Positions 1 through 7,914 of a stretch of 20,000 nucleotides of DNA are shown here, in pieces (position 1 is the stretch's first letter; each line of letters opens with the position of its first letter). Origin of the DNA: an uncultured virus (IMG/VR IMGVR_UViG_3300017643_000059) (taxonomy: Duplodnaviria; Heunggongvirae; Uroviricota; Caudoviricetes); IMG/VR virus record IMGVR_UViG_3300017643_000059; one strand, given 5' to 3'. The notes beneath the pieces were generated by a model that saw only the letters and a list, made by a program, of their open reading frames with translations, was not told the DNA's origin and made no database searches. A program made the translations under genes and the position numbers.

Positions 1-183
1 GTATTCGAAACCGAGATTCAGCAGAGCGAAGAAGCGACGGTGGTACGCTGGGTTGCGTACCTGCCGGAACTCGGCCACCAGCACAGCGCCAAGCTTAATT
101 TTGGTTTGCAGTAATTCGCTGGTCTCCGGTGTGGCGGGGATCAGGATTCCTGAGGACTGCTTGATGAGTTGTAACTGCGCCAT
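1..183 (-). CDS. DUF1367 family phage protein (IrsA-like), 5' part; runs off the window
   Basis: Manual translation from ATG at 183: MAQLQLIKQSSGILIPATPETSELLQTKIKLGAVLVAEFRQVRNPAYHRRFFALLNLGFEY. Upstream GGAG. The RNxxxHRRFFALLNLGFEY motif is recognised as DUF1367. Confidence 0.8.
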   Translation of the reverse strand, partial: MAQLQLIKQSSGILIPATPETSELLQTKIKLGAVLVAEFRQVRNPAYHRRFFALLNLGFEY

Positions 184-217
184 AGTTTTCTCCGTGGCGC
201 AGCAGGTTAACGGCTGT

Positions 218-466
218 TCAGACCGTTGATTTCATATTATCAGAAGGTGGAATTACCCGATAGCCGAGACGATTAATAAATTGCATAAAGCCATTGGGAG
301 TAAAGACCTCCTCATCATCCAGCAGAGGGCGCATAGATACCATGCCATTTACACGGTAGATAAGATGCTTACCAGTTGAAGGAAAGCTAAATACCACGCA
401 GCCGTCAGACCGTCTAACAATGTCATACCAACTATTTTCTGACGTTTGCAATGCCGGATCGCTCAC
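218..466 (-). CDS. 82-aa protein, candidate antirepressor (Gifsy GftA/GfoA position)
   Basis: GTG at 466 preceded by GGGAGG-ATATAAA, a better start than 538. Lies between the dinI-like and DUF1367 genes downstream of an SOS box. Function inferred from position only. Confidence 0.6.
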   Translation of the reverse strand: MSDPALQTSENSWYDIVRRSDGCVVFSFPSTGKHLIYRVNGMVSMRPLLDDEEVFTPNGFMQFINRLGYRVIPPSDNMKSTV

Positions 467-579
467 TTTATATCCTCCCTTCAAGCGAATACAGACGCGT
501 TTAGTAATTGTCGGCAGCAGCATCAAAGGGATACTCATTTATGGTATTCAGACAACCGTGCGCCACCAGGTACGCAATT

Positions 580-813
580 TTAATGAAACCAGTCGTCAGC
601 GCTTTCCCATGTTTCCTGGAGGATTTTTTCAATTTTCTTTTTGTCATCCTTGTCGCCACCGAAAACGCTGAGTCCATCACTACCTGCCCGGCGAATTACC
701 AGGCTGCAATCCTCATACTGATTGCTCAGCCGTTTAAGCAACTCTTTTTCCAGTGCCGGGATCGCACCCTTAGGAAGTTCTTTAGTCCGATCAATAGTTA
801 ATTCAACTTTCAT
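580..813 (-). CDS. dinI: DinI-like protein
   Basis: MKVELTIDRTKELPKGAIPALEKELLKRL...ILQETWESADDWF is the DinI signature. GGAGG RBS before ATG at 813. Confidence 0.92.
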   Translation of the reverse strand: MKVELTIDRTKELPKGAIPALEKELLKRLSNQYEDCSLVIRRAGSDGLSVFGGDKDDKKKIEKILQETWESADDWFH

Positions 814-831
814 AGTAGCCTCCATTGCATA

Positions 832-874
832 TACTGTGTTTTTATACAGTATACCTGTGCTTTGAAATTATCAA
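832..874 (-). promoter_or_regulatory. LexA (SOS) box overlapping a sigma70 promoter for the dinI operon
   Basis: Minus strand TACTGTATAAAAACACAGTA (832-851) = CTG-N10-CAG with TA flanks. -35 TTGATA (874-869), 17-nt spacer, -10 TACTGT (851-846) inside the box. Confidence 0.9.
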
Positions 875-915
875 TGCTTTGAGGGCGTAAATTGTTAACT
901 TAATGTCAGTAGGGC

Positions 916-940
916 AAAATAAAACCCGCCGTAGCGGGTT
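916..940 (-). terminator. Rho-independent terminator insulating the SOS promoter
   Basis: Minus strand AACCCGC-TACG-GCGGGTT followed by TTATTTT. Confidence 0.8.
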
Positions 941-1008
941 GAAATGATAGATTTTTTTAAATTGAGACATCTTTTTTCTGACAAGAATGTGCTGATATGA
1001 CCTAACAA

Positions 1009-1209
1009 CTATGGCTTGGGGTTTTCCCTCCTCCATCGCAGCCAGAAACCGTATTCTTGCCTGATATTGCTCTCGCAGGTGAGCTTACCGAACTTCGTTG
1101 TCGGCGGGTTAGCGATGATGCTTTCCAGCGATTCTCCTCCATCAAGACGAGCATAAATTTTATAATCAGCTGCTTTCGGATTCTTTGGTTCTGCAATTCC
1201 CTCACTCAT
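1009..1209 (-). CDS. 66-aa hypothetical protein in AT-rich flanks
   Basis: ORF with GGGTAG upstream of ATG, co-oriented with neighbours and followed by a terminator. Confidence 0.6.
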   Translation of the reverse strand: MSEGIAEPKNPKAADYKIYARLDGGESLESIIANPPTTKFGKLTCESNIRQEYGFWLRWRRENPKP

Positions 1210-1297
1210 TATCTACCCCATGTCATAAAAGTATTCTGGCATTGAAGGGGTTCTCTGTTGTCGTTGAGGCCCCTACGTGTACAAAATTATAAATTAA

Positions 1298-3172
1298 CTA
1301 AGCAGCAATTTCTTTGGGCTGGCATAACTCTGGTAGATTGGCTCTAACCAACGCTTCGGCAAACGGCGGGGGGACAGCATTTCCGCACCGGGCAACCTGC
1401 TTATCCTTCGCGTACTTCACACCTCGATAATCCTGATCGATGATGTACCACTCCGGGAAACCCTGAGCCCGATACAGCTCATGTGGCTGGAGCATACGCA
1501 TCCCGATATCGACAATCCGGTACACTACCCCATCAATAGTCACTAGTCCGGTGCTATCTTCACCGCAGTATTCCTTCAGGAACTCAAGTACCAGTTGTGC
1601 GCGCTGCTCGTCATATCCATCTACGGCAAGCGTGGTCTTAACTTCACCAACATGCTGTCCACCAGCGGTGATAGTTGGCATCGGCTCGTCGGTGCGCTGG
1701 CCATCCCGACAGGTTCCTCGCAGTTTAACCAGATGAGACGCAACTACCGCATGATGATCAACAGTAGTGACTGAGTGTGCGGGTTCATCCAGACCAACGC
1801 CCGGGCCCGAGTAATTCCCGCCGTAGTGTTTCGCCAAGAATGCGCCAACAACAGCGTGCTTACTGCCACCAGCCACAACAGTACCCAGAGGTTTATCCAA
1901 TCCTGGTACGCGGGGCGCTTGTCCTTGCCGTTCCCCGTAACCCGTCTGAATAAGAGTTGGTACCACCAGCTGGGATTTTCCACCACCTCCTGCAGTGACC
2001 GTCGCGCTCGGTTCATCTACCCGATGCCCGATGCTGGCACCGAACTGACGAGCGATAAACGGCGACAGGGCCGCTTCGACAATCCCCAGCGCATGACCAT
2101 TCCCACCCGGGCGCACTGACGTGCCAGCGGTGACAGTTGGTACCGGTTCAGTTACTGGCTGCCCGGTAGCCCCGGTGCGGAATTTAGTCAGGTGCGGTAC
2201 AGCCAATGCGTAGCCGTGCTTTTTGGTGATGGTCTGCAATGGTTCTAAAAGCGATTGCCCACGGAAACAGTCATAACCCCCTTTAGTGGTTGTGTGGTTG
2301 CACTTCACAATAAACGGAGAAGCGCTGTCTATTACAAAACGCTGGATACCGCGCGCGATCCGCTTCAGTGTGTTTTCCGCCAGCGGCTTTTTGCGGTCAA
2401 AAATTGATGGGCATGGAATTGACCAGTCGATGCATTCCGCAGCTGTACGCCACGGTGCCAGTTTTCCGGTCTGTACCTCAGGTGATTTTGGATCCCCGTG
2501 AGTTGCCTCCGGCCACACAATCGGCTTACCGTCACAGCGCATAACCATGAAGAAGCGCTTCCTGATGGTCGGCGCGCCGTAGTCGCAGGCACGCAGTTCG
2601 CGGTATTCGACGGTATAGCCAAGACCTTTAACCAGCCGGGCAGCGTCCTCGCTGTCGAGAGGAATACCCAGGAATTCACAGCACTCCACCAGCGCCGGAT
2701 GATCGGGAGAAATCCCCGTCGTCAGCATAGCGACAAAAGCCCGGAAGGTTTCTCCAGCACGTTCAGGATCCGGGCGCATTTCACCGGCGAGAAGCGGCCC
2801 CCACGTTTTAAACTCTTCGACGTTCTCCAGCTTCATCACACGAGGCTTAACATCCAGTCCCCAGCGCAGCGTTACCCAGGCCAGCCCACGAATTGCCTTT
2901 TCAACTGGCTTAGCCCCTTTTGCCTTGGAAAAATGACGACAGTCAGGAGAAAACCAGGCAAGCCCTACAGGACGACCAGCAGTTGCCACTTTCGGCCTGA
3001 CATCATAAACAGATTCGCAGTAATGGAGTGTGTCCGGGTGATTGGTGGTATGCATCGCCACGGCATTTGGGTCGTGATTGATGGCAATATCCACGCTCCG
3101 ACCAGTGGCCAGTTCGATCCCGGTGCTCGCCCCACCACCACCAGCAAAATTATCGACAATAATCTCTCTCAC
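1298..3172 (-). CDS. Orphan DNA (cytosine-5) methyltransferase, long phage type
   Basis: Motif I FAGGGG, catalytic SPDC, motif VI ENV, motif VIII YGAPTIRKRFF, motif IX ELYRAQGFP, motif X GNAVPP. GTGA overlap with the upstream gene. Confidence 0.95.
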   Translation of the reverse strand: MREIIVDNFAGGGGASTGIELATGRSVDIAINHDPNAVAMHTTNHPDTLHYCESVYDVRPKVATAGRPVGLAWFSPDCRHFSKAKGAKPVEKAIRGLAWVTLRWGLDVKPRVMKLENVEEFKTWGPLLAGEMRPDPERAGETFRAFVAMLTTGISPDHPALVECCEFLGIPLDSEDAARLVKGLGYTVEYRELRACDYGAPTIRKRFFMVMRCDGKPIVWPEATHGDPKSPEVQTGKLAPWRTAAECIDWSIPCPSIFDRKKPLAENTLKRIARGIQRFVIDSASPFIVKCNHTTTKGGYDCFRGQSLLEPLQTITKKHGYALAVPHLTKFRTGATGQPVTEPVPTVTAGTSVRPGGNGHALGIVEAALSPFIARQFGASIGHRVDEPSATVTAGGGGKSQLVVPTLIQTGYGERQGQAPRVPGLDKPLGTVVAGGSKHAVVGAFLAKHYGGNYSGPGVGLDEPAHSVTTVDHHAVVASHLVKLRGTCRDGQRTDEPMPTITAGGQHVGEVKTTLAVDGYDEQRAQLVLEFLKEYCGEDSTGLVTIDGVVYRIVDIGMRMLQPHELYRAQGFPEWYIIDQDYRGVKYAKDKQVARCGNAVPPPFAEALVRANLPELCQPKEIAA

Positions 3173-3426
3173 GCGTATTCCTCCATGACGGCGGCCAGCG
3201 AACGCGCGGCTTCGATAATTGACGGCACTGGCATTTTCTCAAGCCACATCCGGTTGATATGGTGCTGCAGGCGACGCTGGTGGTGTGCCGAAAGATCCCC
3301 GGCGATTTCAATCTGCGACATAACCATGCCAACTTCAGCTGGCCATACAGTTTCAGGAACATCCGGCAGCAGCATAGTTTCCAGTTCGACGATACGCTTT
3401 ATCGCATATTGCAGATGAGTATCCAC
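3169..3426 (-). CDS. 85-aa hypothetical phage protein
   Basis: GTG at 3426 overlaps the upstream TAG and has a GGAGGTG RBS. Translationally coupled on both sides. Confidence 0.7.
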   Translation of the reverse strand: MDTHLQYAIKRIVELETMLLPDVPETVWPAEVGMVMSQIEIAGDLSAHHQRRLQHHINRMWLEKMPVPSIIEAARSLAAVMEEYA

Positions 3427-4088
3427 TACTTCACCTCCAGCTGCGGTGCTGCTGCAATCAGTCCGCACCATGCATCCCTTGAGTCTTCCGCACCGTAATC
3501 AATAATTGAGTCGAACTCGTCCAGCATCGCCATTGTCGGCTCAACCGGTACCATCACCCAACCATCCGGAATCACCGGAGAGTTGCCATCTGCACCCTGA
3601 AGCATGGCGGCGCGGCGATTCCATACCTCACGCAACTTATCTCTTGCGTCCACGTCTGTGTGATATGCGGTGTCGGTTGATATTCCAAAAACGTTGCAAG
3701 ATATCCAGTTGAGGTTATCGTCGTCATAATCAAACTCAGCATTTCCTCCGCAGCATGGGCATGGAAGAAGGCCATTTTCATCAGGCACAGATACCGGCGC
3801 TGTCGGGGCGGTGTAAACGACACCCTCAATCCAGTGCGCGCCGTCTTCATTGCAATGGCACTTCGACTCTAGCGGCTCGTCTAATCCCTCCGCTCCGCAT
3901 CCGCTACAGGTAAATAGTTTGCGGCTTTTGGCTTCCAGCGATGCCAGCGCGATTTTAGCCAGGCGAAATCTAATTCCGTAATAACGGCTATCCGGCTCAC
4001 GCTCGGTTATCTCTACCCAGGCGTTAACGATTTCCTGCGCGACTTCTATTAACTGCTCTTTGGTGAATTCTCTGGTAATAGTGCTCAT
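3426..4088 (-). CDS. Mosaic Eaa-like protein with a Lar (restriction alleviation)-type zinc-ribbon module
   Basis: Eaa-like N-terminus MSTITREFTKEQL, a CSGC...CHC module, Lar-type LLPCPCCGG...WNRR module, and GNSPVIPDGWVMVPVEPT C-terminal module. Confidence 0.7.
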   Translation of the reverse strand: MSTITREFTKEQLIEVAQEIVNAWVEITEREPDSRYYGIRFRLAKIALASLEAKSRKLFTCSGCGAEGLDEPLESKCHCNEDGAHWIEGVVYTAPTAPVSVPDENGLLPCPCCGGNAEFDYDDDNLNWISCNVFGISTDTAYHTDVDARDKLREVWNRRAAMLQGADGNSPVIPDGWVMVPVEPTMAMLDEFDSIIDYGAEDSRDAWCGLIAAAPQLEVK

Positions 4089-4579
4089 GGGTTAGTCCTC
4101 ACGGAATTTCTGATGCCCTCGGCAATATCGAATAGCGCTTCTGAGTAGTCTCGCTGAGCGTCATTACCAAACTCAAACGTGCCTGTATCGTTATCAGTGC
4201 GCCCATGCTCTTTGTCGTATGACTCTCTCTGTTTATCCACCCATTTTGCGGCAGCAGTTATACCGTCGTTGAAAGCTGAATCAGTAGGCATGAAAGACAG
4301 GTCTGCGAAAAACTCGCCAAATCCAAAGCACACGGAATATGCCAGCCGACCGTGATGCTTGTAGCCAGGGTTAGTGATATCAGTAGTCGCATAGGTTGCA
4401 GTTATCTCTGCAACGACTTCTTCTGGCTTTGATGGCTGCTCAACCCACGGAATGCAGATCAGATCAAAGTCACGCGCCATCGTCCCGTGAATTGCCATAG
4501 CGTAACCGTGCTTACGTGCTATCTCAGCCAGTGCCGGGTAAAGAGCACAGTAAACTGGTGCAAAGTTTGCCGGCTTCAT
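4085..4579 (-). CDS. Hypothetical protein with a minimal nucleotidyltransferase-like N-terminal domain
   Basis: AIHGTMARDFDLICIPW plus downstream FADLSF resembles the Pol-beta hG[GS]...DxD...D pattern. ATGA overlaps at both ends. Confidence 0.6.
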   Translation of the reverse strand: MKPANFAPVYCALYPALAEIARKHGYAMAIHGTMARDFDLICIPWVEQPSKPEEVVAEITATYATTDITNPGYKHHGRLAYSVCFGFGEFFADLSFMPTDSAFNDGITAAAKWVDKQRESYDKEHGRTDNDTGTFEFGNDAQRDYSEALFDIAEGIRNSVRTNP

Positions 4580-5184
4580 GATGCCTCTCCTTTACCGGCT
4601 GCGGCGTCCATCATGTGCAGATATTCGTCTGCATCCTGTACCCATTGACCGCCTACGCCGTAATAGCGGTGCGTAACAATGTCGATGGTTGCCATAGGTT
4701 CATTCTCAAGCAGTTGGCGGAGAAAGCCTTCGAGGTCGCCAGCGCTATGCTTGATTACCGGAGACTTTCCGGGATGGCGAACAACGAGGAATTGATTTCC
4801 CTCTTCACGCACCTCCTTCGCCTCCAGCTCAGCAATCCGCTTCTCTGCGGCTTCCAGCTCTATTTGTCTCTTCCCGGCTAAATCCTGCAAAAAATTCCGC
4901 TCTTTTCTGAGCTCGTCAACTAATGAATTGGCTTTATCGGTTTCCGTGTTTGCCCGTTCTAGCCCATCCGGCAGCGCCAGCACGGTATCCGGGTTGGCAG
5001 CCTGCATAAACTCACGATTGGCCTGAGCATCTGGCCCTTCAAAATGCGCGATGATGAAGTTTCCGTTGGCCTGGTCGTTGGCGCTGCAGATAGCCTCCCA
5101 ACCATCGCCAGATTCTTTAATCCACTCTCCTGCACTGGCAGACCGCGCTTTACTCCGAAGAGTATGTTTGTCGATGTTACTCAT
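4576..5184 (-). CDS. Ead/Ea22-like family protein
   Basis: MSNIDKxxLR start, ANREFMQAANPDTVLAL core, coiled coil ending LEAAEKRIAELEA. Confidence 0.85.
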   Translation of the reverse strand: MSNIDKHTLRSKARSASAGEWIKESGDGWEAICSANDQANGNFIIAHFEGPDAQANREFMQAANPDTVLALPDGLERANTETDKANSLVDELRKERNFLQDLAGKRQIELEAAEKRIAELEAKEVREEGNQFLVVRHPGKSPVIKHSAGDLEGFLRQLLENEPMATIDIVTHRYYGVGGQWVQDADEYLHMMDAAAGKGEAS

Positions 5185-5444
5185 TGGGCGGACTCCTTTA
5201 CATCGAATTGTGAACGCCAGCTTTCTCGTGGGTCGTCGATATTTTTCACCCCCATATCGTCAGCAGCAATATCGACAAGAACCTGCTTCACGAAATCAAT
5301 GGCTTCACTCTGGCTCCCAGCTTCAACTTCAAGACGCTCGGCAAGTTGCTTTGCCAGTACGTCAACACGTCCCTGACGCAGAAAATCTGCAAAACTCACA
5401 TAACGCGGATTAACGTAACCAATCTTGCAAGTTAATTTGCTCAT
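5181..5444 (-). CDS. 87-aa hypothetical protein
   Basis: ATGA-coupled to both neighbours in the operon. Confidence 0.7.
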   Translation of the reverse strand: MSKLTCKIGYVNPRYVSFADFLRQGRVDVLAKQLAERLEVEAGSQSEAIDFVKQVLVDIAADDMGVKNIDDPRESWRSQFDVKESAQ

Positions 5445-5644
5445 GACTGCAATCCTTTTTTCTGCTTGTTGTATACGGCCCAGCTCAGAGCATCGATCTT
5501 GTCACGACCTGCTTTGTCGTACATGTGGATACCTTCTTCGCAGGCGTGCTCTTGCTTAACCTGCTCTTCGAGAACGCTTATCTCTTCGTAAGACAGGGTT
5601 GCCAGCTTCAGGCGATTCCAGCCGAAGTTACGGATGCGCGTCAT
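5441..5644 (-). CDS. 67-aa hypothetical phage protein
   Basis: ATGA coupling and AAGGAG RBS. Confidence 0.75.
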   Translation of the reverse strand: MTRIRNFGWNRLKLATLSYEEISVLEEQVKQEHACEEGIHMYDKAGRDKIDALSWAVYNKQKKGLQS

Positions 5645-6195
5645 GACTGCACTCCTTTGCGAAGATTGGCGGCGAACGCTACTGAGTCATTGGCGTTTTG
5701 CTCAAGCCAATCAACAAGCGACTCCATATCTGTTACAGCCGGGTTGTCCAGAATGCTTTCGTATACTCGCTTAGACTCCTGCGCCCGCACTTCAGCCAGG
5801 AAAGCATCGGTGGCTGGGGTCTCTGGAATGGCATCCGAAATAACCTCTGAGTAAACGCGCTCCATCGCCGACTCCCATCCGTAGTAACAAGCAGAGTAAC
5901 CGTCACGCTGATATCCCCGATCTTCAACTCCGCACCCCATGCCTTGGTCATGGTATTCGGGCTGACTATCTGGATTGATGATGCTTTCGAGAGTATTCTT
6001 CATCCCCGTATTCTCAACAGCGAGCGCATCACGCTGCTTCACCGTTTCGCGCAGCACCGCAGCCGTAACATCAAGGCGGTCAGCCAGGCGAGAAAGCATT
6101 TTTGCAATATCGATGATCGGAGTATCGCTACTCAAAGCCTTCGCAAAGTCATGGCCGACCAATACCAGCTCTTTGTTGTTCAGTGAATCTGTCAT
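5641..6195 (-). CDS. Eae/Ea-type mosaic protein
   Basis: Coiled coil QRDALAVEN and the PETPATDAFLAEVRAQ motif typical of lambdoid/P22 Ea-region proteins. Confidence 0.7.
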   Translation of the reverse strand: MTDSLNNKELVLVGHDFAKALSSDTPIIDIAKMLSRLADRLDVTAAVLRETVKQRDALAVENTGMKNTLESIINPDSQPEYHDQGMGCGVEDRGYQRDGYSACYYGWESAMERVYSEVISDAIPETPATDAFLAEVRAQESKRVYESILDNPAVTDMESLVDWLEQNANDSVAFAANLRKGVQS

Positions 6196-6452
6196 TCTGA
6201 TGCTCCCCGGTGCGTATAACGTTCCATATCAAAATCGATAGCTGCGCGCTGATCGCGGAAAATACCGCTGCGGCCGTGGCGGATAAGTTCACCCTGTTGT
6301 ATTGCGATCCGGATGTACTTCTCAGCGGTCGTTCGATGCAGGCCGAACATGGCGGATATGTCTTTAGTGGTCGCGCGCCCATACTGTTTAACCATCTCGA
6401 TAATCCAGGCGATGATCAGAGTGCGTTCCTGATGCGTCTTAGGCTTTGCCAT
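6192..6452 (-). CDS. DUF977-like winged-HTH protein
   Basis: IIEMVKQYGRATTKDISAMFGLHRTTAEKYI helix-turn-helix; usual position after the DUF1627 gene. Confidence 0.7.
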   Translation of the reverse strand: MAKPKTHQERTLIIAWIIEMVKQYGRATTKDISAMFGLHRTTAEKYIRIAIQQGELIRHGRSGIFRDQRAAIDFDMERYTHRGASE

Positions 6453-7146
6453 TTTCAGCCTCCGCGCTCACCAGCTGCTGCATGATATTTTTATGACGAC
6501 CAATGACACGTACGGCGTCGCGCAACTTCTCCAGCTTGACCAGTTTGTTTTTGGTACGGCGGATTTCACGGGAAATAACCCGAACCGTTGGGACTGCATG
6601 GCCAGCGCGATAGCTTTCGGTAAACGACGGGATCTCACTGACAATCTGCTCAACCGGTTTAACCACATCGGCTGGAGCGTCAGCTGGCACTTCAGGTTCT
6701 GGTTTTGAGGCATCGGCTGCTTCTCCGGCAGTTGGCAGTGACCAGGTAACCCCTTTCCCCTTCCCGTTCTTCACCACTACGCCATTGCGCTCAAATGCGA
6801 GCATCACTGAAACCATGCCGCGGGCATTACGATTAACAACTGCAGCCAACTGAACGGTTGTCATTGCGCCGTTATCTCGCAGTAGCTGGCAAATAAATTC
6901 AGGATCAACCTGTGCGGGTTCCTCCCCCTTCAAACGGGGTGCCTGATGCACAGGTGCTGCTGGTTTTTTTGCCTGTTCTGTCGCGGTACACATAAACCAA
7001 CCGCCATCAGCAAAATCACACAGACCTTGATCACGCTGTTCGCGTAGCATGTTCAGAGCTTCGACAGACTCGATATCCAGACGGGCTGCCACTTCGCGAT
7101 AAGATGCCCGGCCCATTTTTTCCAGTGCTTGAATTACAGTTTCCAC
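6439..7146 (-). CDS. DUF1627-like protein with two winged-HTH domains
   Basis: METVIQALEKMGRASYREVAARL start, second HTH NGAMTTVQLAAVV, basic C-terminal coil; directly downstream of the helicase loader. Confidence 0.75.
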   Translation of the reverse strand: METVIQALEKMGRASYREVAARLDIESVEALNMLREQRDQGLCDFADGGWFMCTATEQAKKPAAPVHQAPRLKGEEPAQVDPEFICQLLRDNGAMTTVQLAAVVNRNARGMVSVMLAFERNGVVVKNGKGKGVTWSLPTAGEAADASKPEPEVPADAPADVVKPVEQIVSEIPSFTESYRAGHAVPTVRVISREIRRTKNKLVKLEKLRDAVRVIGRHKNIMQQLVSAEAENGKA

Positions 7147-7162
7147 AGGATTTCCCTCAAAA

Positions 7163-7912
7163 TTATTTAACAGGGCGCAGGTGGCTGACGTTCTTGCGAT
7201 AGCTACCCCAGTCGAAGTTCACCCACATACCACCATCCATCTGGAGGCGATCGATAATTCTCGCACCCAGTGCATCCAGCAACCCATCGTGATTCAGGTT
7301 CGTCAGGATCCCGACCGGGCGCATCGATGACAGACGACGGTCGATAACCTGATTCAGAATGACTTTCTCGCTGCTGCTACCGCGCTGAATACCGACTTCG
7401 TCCAGCACCAGCAGATCAACTTTGCAGAGGTCGTCCAGCAACGCTGCCTCTGACTGCCCACCGTCGTAGCATTCGCGAACACGCAGCATCAGGTCAGGAA
7501 CAGTGACCACCAGAACGGAACGCCCGGCAGCGAGAAGATAATTACCGACGGCGGCTGCCAGATGGTTTTTTCCGGTACCCGGCGCTCCTCTGAATACGAA
7601 GCTGGCGAAACCACCACCGAAATTCTGGGCATAGCTTTTTGCCAAACTCAGGGCTTTCCTCTGCCCATCACCGGTAACCTGGTAATTGGCGAAAGTGCAG
7701 CTGCGGTGCAAATCCTGAATTCCGGAGCGACCGAAAATCTTTTCTGCCCTGGCGCGCTGATTCAGCTTGTCGATTTCCTCTGAACGCTTACGGCCTTCCA
7801 ACTCCTGCCATGCCTGCCACTCTTCGACGCTGTTAAACTTCGGCTGCACGCTGGCCGGTATGATTCTTTTCAGGCGCTCAAGGGCACTTCCAGTCCCGAT
7901 CATGTTTTTCAT
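7163..7912 (-). CDS. DnaC/IstB-like AAA+ helicase loader
   Basis: Walker A GAPGTGKNH, Walker B LLVLDEVG, ILTN sensor, RIIDRL; follows the initiator gene. Confidence 0.93.
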   Translation of the reverse strand: MKNMIGTGSALERLKRIIPASVQPKFNSVEEWQAWQELEGRKRSEEIDKLNQRARAEKIFGRSGIQDLHRSCTFANYQVTGDGQRKALSLAKSYAQNFGGGFASFVFRGAPGTGKNHLAAAVGNYLLAAGRSVLVVTVPDLMLRVRECYDGGQSEAALLDDLCKVDLLVLDEVGIQRGSSSEKVILNQVIDRRLSSMRPVGILTNLNHDGLLDALGARIIDRLQMDGGMWVNFDWGSYRKNVSHLRPVK

Positions 7913-7914
7913 CG

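Noticed and set aside
2498..3418. 306-aa plus-strand ORF
   Set aside because: Antisense shadow of the methyltransferase and its neighbour; no RBS or recognisable motif.
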